Assembly: GCA_965660855.1 (NCBI GenBank)
Contig: CBFIBM010000008.1
Coordinates: forward strand, 17,079 to 81,078
DNA length: 64,000 nt
Source of the DNA: an uncultured bacterium
Lineage (GTDB): Bacteria; Fidelibacterota; Marinisomatia; Marinisomatales; UBA1611
Direction: 5' to 3'
Under the pieces are notes generated by a model that worked only from the letters and a program-made list of their open reading frames with translations, made no database searches and was not told the DNA's origin. Below, piece after piece: positions 61,830-64,000 of the stretch; the first letter of the stretch is position 1; each line of letters opens with the position of its first letter. The translations under genes were made by a program, and so were the position numbers.

Positions 61830-63077
61830 TTAAAGACCTGACTGCAGTGCAGACCCAAGATGAAATACAGGTAGATAAGTTAATACAACCATCAATGCAA
61901 TTACAGCTCCCACTAATAGAATAAGCAGAGGTTCAATTAATGTTGTCATTCTTTCAACTAAGGCATCAACTTGTTTTTGATAATATTCAGCCGCTCTATC
62001 TAATAAATCGTCTAGTTCTCCTGTTTCCTCACCAGTAGAAGCTAGTTGTAATAAAATAGATGGAAAAACCTCAGTCCTCCTCAAGGCAGTGGATATATTA
62101 TACCCATCTCTTATGAAATCAGAAGCATTATCTATCGCTTTAGCATATACTTTATTATCAACTACTTTTCTTAATAATGCAGTAGTCTCAAGAACTGGAA
62201 CACCAGCACCAATTAATATACCAAAAGTCTTGCAAAATTTATTTAAAATTGATTGTTCTAAGAGGGATCCAAAAACTGGAATTTTCAATTTAATTGAATC
62301 TAACGCAAATCCACCTCTTTGTGTTTTCGAAACTAACCAGATTACTGATGTAATAGTAAAACCGATAAAAAATAAAAATCCTATATTATCAGTAAACCAT
62401 TCACTAAAACTTATCATTTTTCTAGTTGCAGGTGGCAAACCAGCTCCTAATTGAGCATAAACCTGAGAAAATTTAGGTATAATTATTAATAGCATAACCA
62501 TAAGCATACAAATTAAAAACACAATCATAAAAATCGGATAATTCATCGCAGACTTTACTTTTCGGCGTGTATCATCTAGGTTTTCTAAGTAAGAAGAAAG
62601 TTGCTCTAAAATTTCATTTAAATTTCCACTTACTTCGCCGGCTTTTACCATAGCGATAAAAAGACTATTGAATACCCCAGGATGCCTCGATAGGGACTCA
62701 GACATATTAAGACCTTTTCTGATATTATCACTCACAGATGATAAAACTTTTTTGAATTTTCTATGTTTCTCTTCAGCACCAAGACTCTGAATAGCACGTT
62801 CAAGAGTTAATCCAGCAGAGAACATAGTTGCTAATTGTCTCGTAAAAAATACTATGTTTGCTAACGGTATCCGATTTTTAAGTTTTTCAATAGACAGTTG
62901 TATTTCATCAAGAAAAGGACCTAAGAAATCGAAAGTATCATCTACCTCTTTTAGAGTGATGACCATTTGTCCATTTGCAGTCAATTTCTGAATAGCATTA
63001 TCCAGTGAATCTGCACGTATTTCACCTTCTTTTCTTTTACCCTCTGAATTTTTAGTTAGGTAATTGTAAACAGCCAT
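61830..63077 (-). CDS. pilC: Type IV pilus/T2SS inner-membrane platform protein (PilC/GspF)
   Basis: FTRQLATMFSAGL, AGEVSGNL, SAMNYP, GEETGELD, IEP, YLPVF. Confidence 0.9.
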   Translation of the reverse strand: MAVYNYLTKNSEGKRKEGEIRADSLDNAIQKLTANGQMVITLKEVDDTFDFLGPFLDEIQLSIEKLKNRIPLANIVFFTRQLATMFSAGLTLERAIQSLGAEEKHRKFKKVLSSVSDNIRKGLNMSESLSRHPGVFNSLFIAMVKAGEVSGNLNEILEQLSSYLENLDDTRRKVKSAMNYPIFMIVFLICMLMVMLLIIIPKFSQVYAQLGAGLPPATRKMISFSEWFTDNIGFLFFIGFTITSVIWLVSKTQRGGFALDSIKLKIPVFGSLLEQSILNKFCKTFGILIGAGVPVLETTALLRKVVDNKVYAKAIDNASDFIRDGYNISTALRRTEVFPSILLQLASTGEETGELDDLLDRAAEYYQKQVDALVERMTTLIEPLLILLVGAVIALMVVLTYLPVFHLGSALQSGL

Positions 63078-64000
63078 TATAAATCTTCTACAGTAGACCT
63101 CAATATTTCTTCAATAGATGTTGTTCCGTCAAGTACTCGTTTTAATCCAGCATCTCTTAAGGTTGTCATACCATTTCCTAATGCTGATTGTCTGATCTCG
63201 TCCTCATTTGCATTATCAAAAACCAATTTCCGTAAATCTCTTGCCATAGGTATCATCTCAAAAATTGCAAGTCGACCTCTGTATCCAGTATTACGACAAT
63301 CAGCACAACCTTTTCCTCTATAAATTGGACCCACTATTTTTGATTTATCTAGGCCTACTAAAGATAGTTCCTCATCAGTTGGGGTATATTCCTCCTTGCA
63401 ATTATCACAGATTTTACGAACCAATCTTTGTGCCATGACAAGATTCAAACATGAACCTACTAAAAATGGAGCTATACCTATGTCTAGTAGTCGAGTTATA
63501 GTTCCTGGAGCATCATTTGCATGTACGGTAGAGAAGACTAAGTGACCAGTTAAAGCAAATTTCACAGCGATATCTGCAGTCTCCTCATCTCTAATCTCTC
63601 CAATAAGCAATACATCTGGGTCTTGTCTAAGAATAGATCTAAGTGTTGAACCGAAAGTTAAACCAATATCTTCAAAAACTTGTACTTGATTAACCCCGTC
63701 AAGTTGATATTCAACAGGGTCTTCAACTGTAGTAATATTAGTTCGATCACTCTTTATCTCTTTTAGGGCTGCGTATAATGATGTTGATTTACCTGATCCA
63801 GTAGGACCAGAGACAACAACTAGACCGTAAGGCTGATTAATTACCTTTTTAAAAGTTCCTAAATTTTGTTGTGGAAAGCCTAAAGATTTTAAATTGAAGT
63901 CAAATCCAGTTTTATCTAATAATCTCATAACAACTTTTTCACCATATACTGTAGGTAGGATAGAAACACGGATATCTATATCTTTTCCTGGCGATTTAAT
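63077..64000 (-). CDS. pilB: Type IV pilus/T2SS assembly ATPase (PilB/GspE), C-terminal part (runs off window)
   Basis: Frame open to the window end (IDIRVSILPTVYGEKVVMRLL); GPTGSGKST, TVEDPVE, LRQDPD, GEIRD, TGHLVFSTVH, CDNC...GCADC. Confidence 0.92.
   Translation of the reverse strand: MKSPGKDIDIRVSILPTVYGEKVVMRLLDKTGFDFNLKSLGFPQQNLGTFKKVINQPYGLVVVSGPTGSGKSTSLYAALKEIKSDRTNITTVEDPVEYQLDGVNQVQVFEDIGLTFGSTLRSILRQDPDVLLIGEIRDEETADIAVKFALTGHLVFSTVHANDAPGTITRLLDIGIAPFLVGSCLNLVMAQRLVRKICDNCKEEYTPTDEELSLVGLDKSKIVGPIYRGKGCADCRNTGYRGRLAIFEMIPMARDLRKLVFDNANEDEIRQSALGNGMTTLRDAGLKRVLDGTTSIEEILRSTVEDL

Noticed and set aside
3402..62454. Many short ORFs (60-140 aa) in the track that lie antisense or out of frame within longer genes, e.g. 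9357-9713, 21874-22260, 26148-26561, 33059-33421, 55055-55450, 62089-62454
   Set aside because: Each is nested in a well-supported gene, has no recognisable motif, and looks like a shadow ORF from codon bias
1..64000. CRISPR arrays, tRNA/rRNA genes, IS elements, integrases or prophage genes
   Set aside because: No spaced direct-repeat array, no GC-rich structured RNA-like stretch, and no transposase, integrase or phage motifs seen; intergenic space is minimal. A covariance-model scan could still find small RNAs

Overview
Gene-dense, strongly AT-rich bacterial chromosome segment. I found no rRNA, tRNA, CRISPR array or mobile element. Gene content (PNPFN-type C-terminal sorting domains, C25-like proteins, LPS core genes, very short intergenic gaps) suggests a streamlined FCB-group marine bacterium such as Marinimicrobia; this is inference. 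Positions 1-40 kb are mostly housekeeping: serC start, an ECF sigma triad, a UvrD-nuclease fusion, rmuC, tldDE, hsp20, rimO, ftsY, waaA and a GT9, ispB, tatC, meaB, a Crp-family gene, rpsT, guaB, hutH, exonuclease-DinG and alaS. Two items stand out. (1) A minus-strand run of more than 21 kb (42.3-64 kb) with abutting or overlapping genes. It links pilB/pilC/prepilin peptidase to a poly-gamma-glutamate core (pgsB-pgsC-pgsW, no capA/capD/capE in the window), then a basic exported protein, a likely outer-membrane barrel, an LVIVD-like lipoprotein, a large repeat protein and an M14 carboxypeptidase. Two gingipain-like C25 paralogues that both lack the canonical catalytic His bracket this block. 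It is a candidate undescribed Gram-negative PGA export/anchoring system. (2) A NOX5-like protein (EF-hands plus FAD/NADPH domain) missing the heme-binding transmembrane domain, head-to-head with a eukaryote-like cystathionine beta-synthase core. All family calls are by motif recognition from memory; no searches were run.
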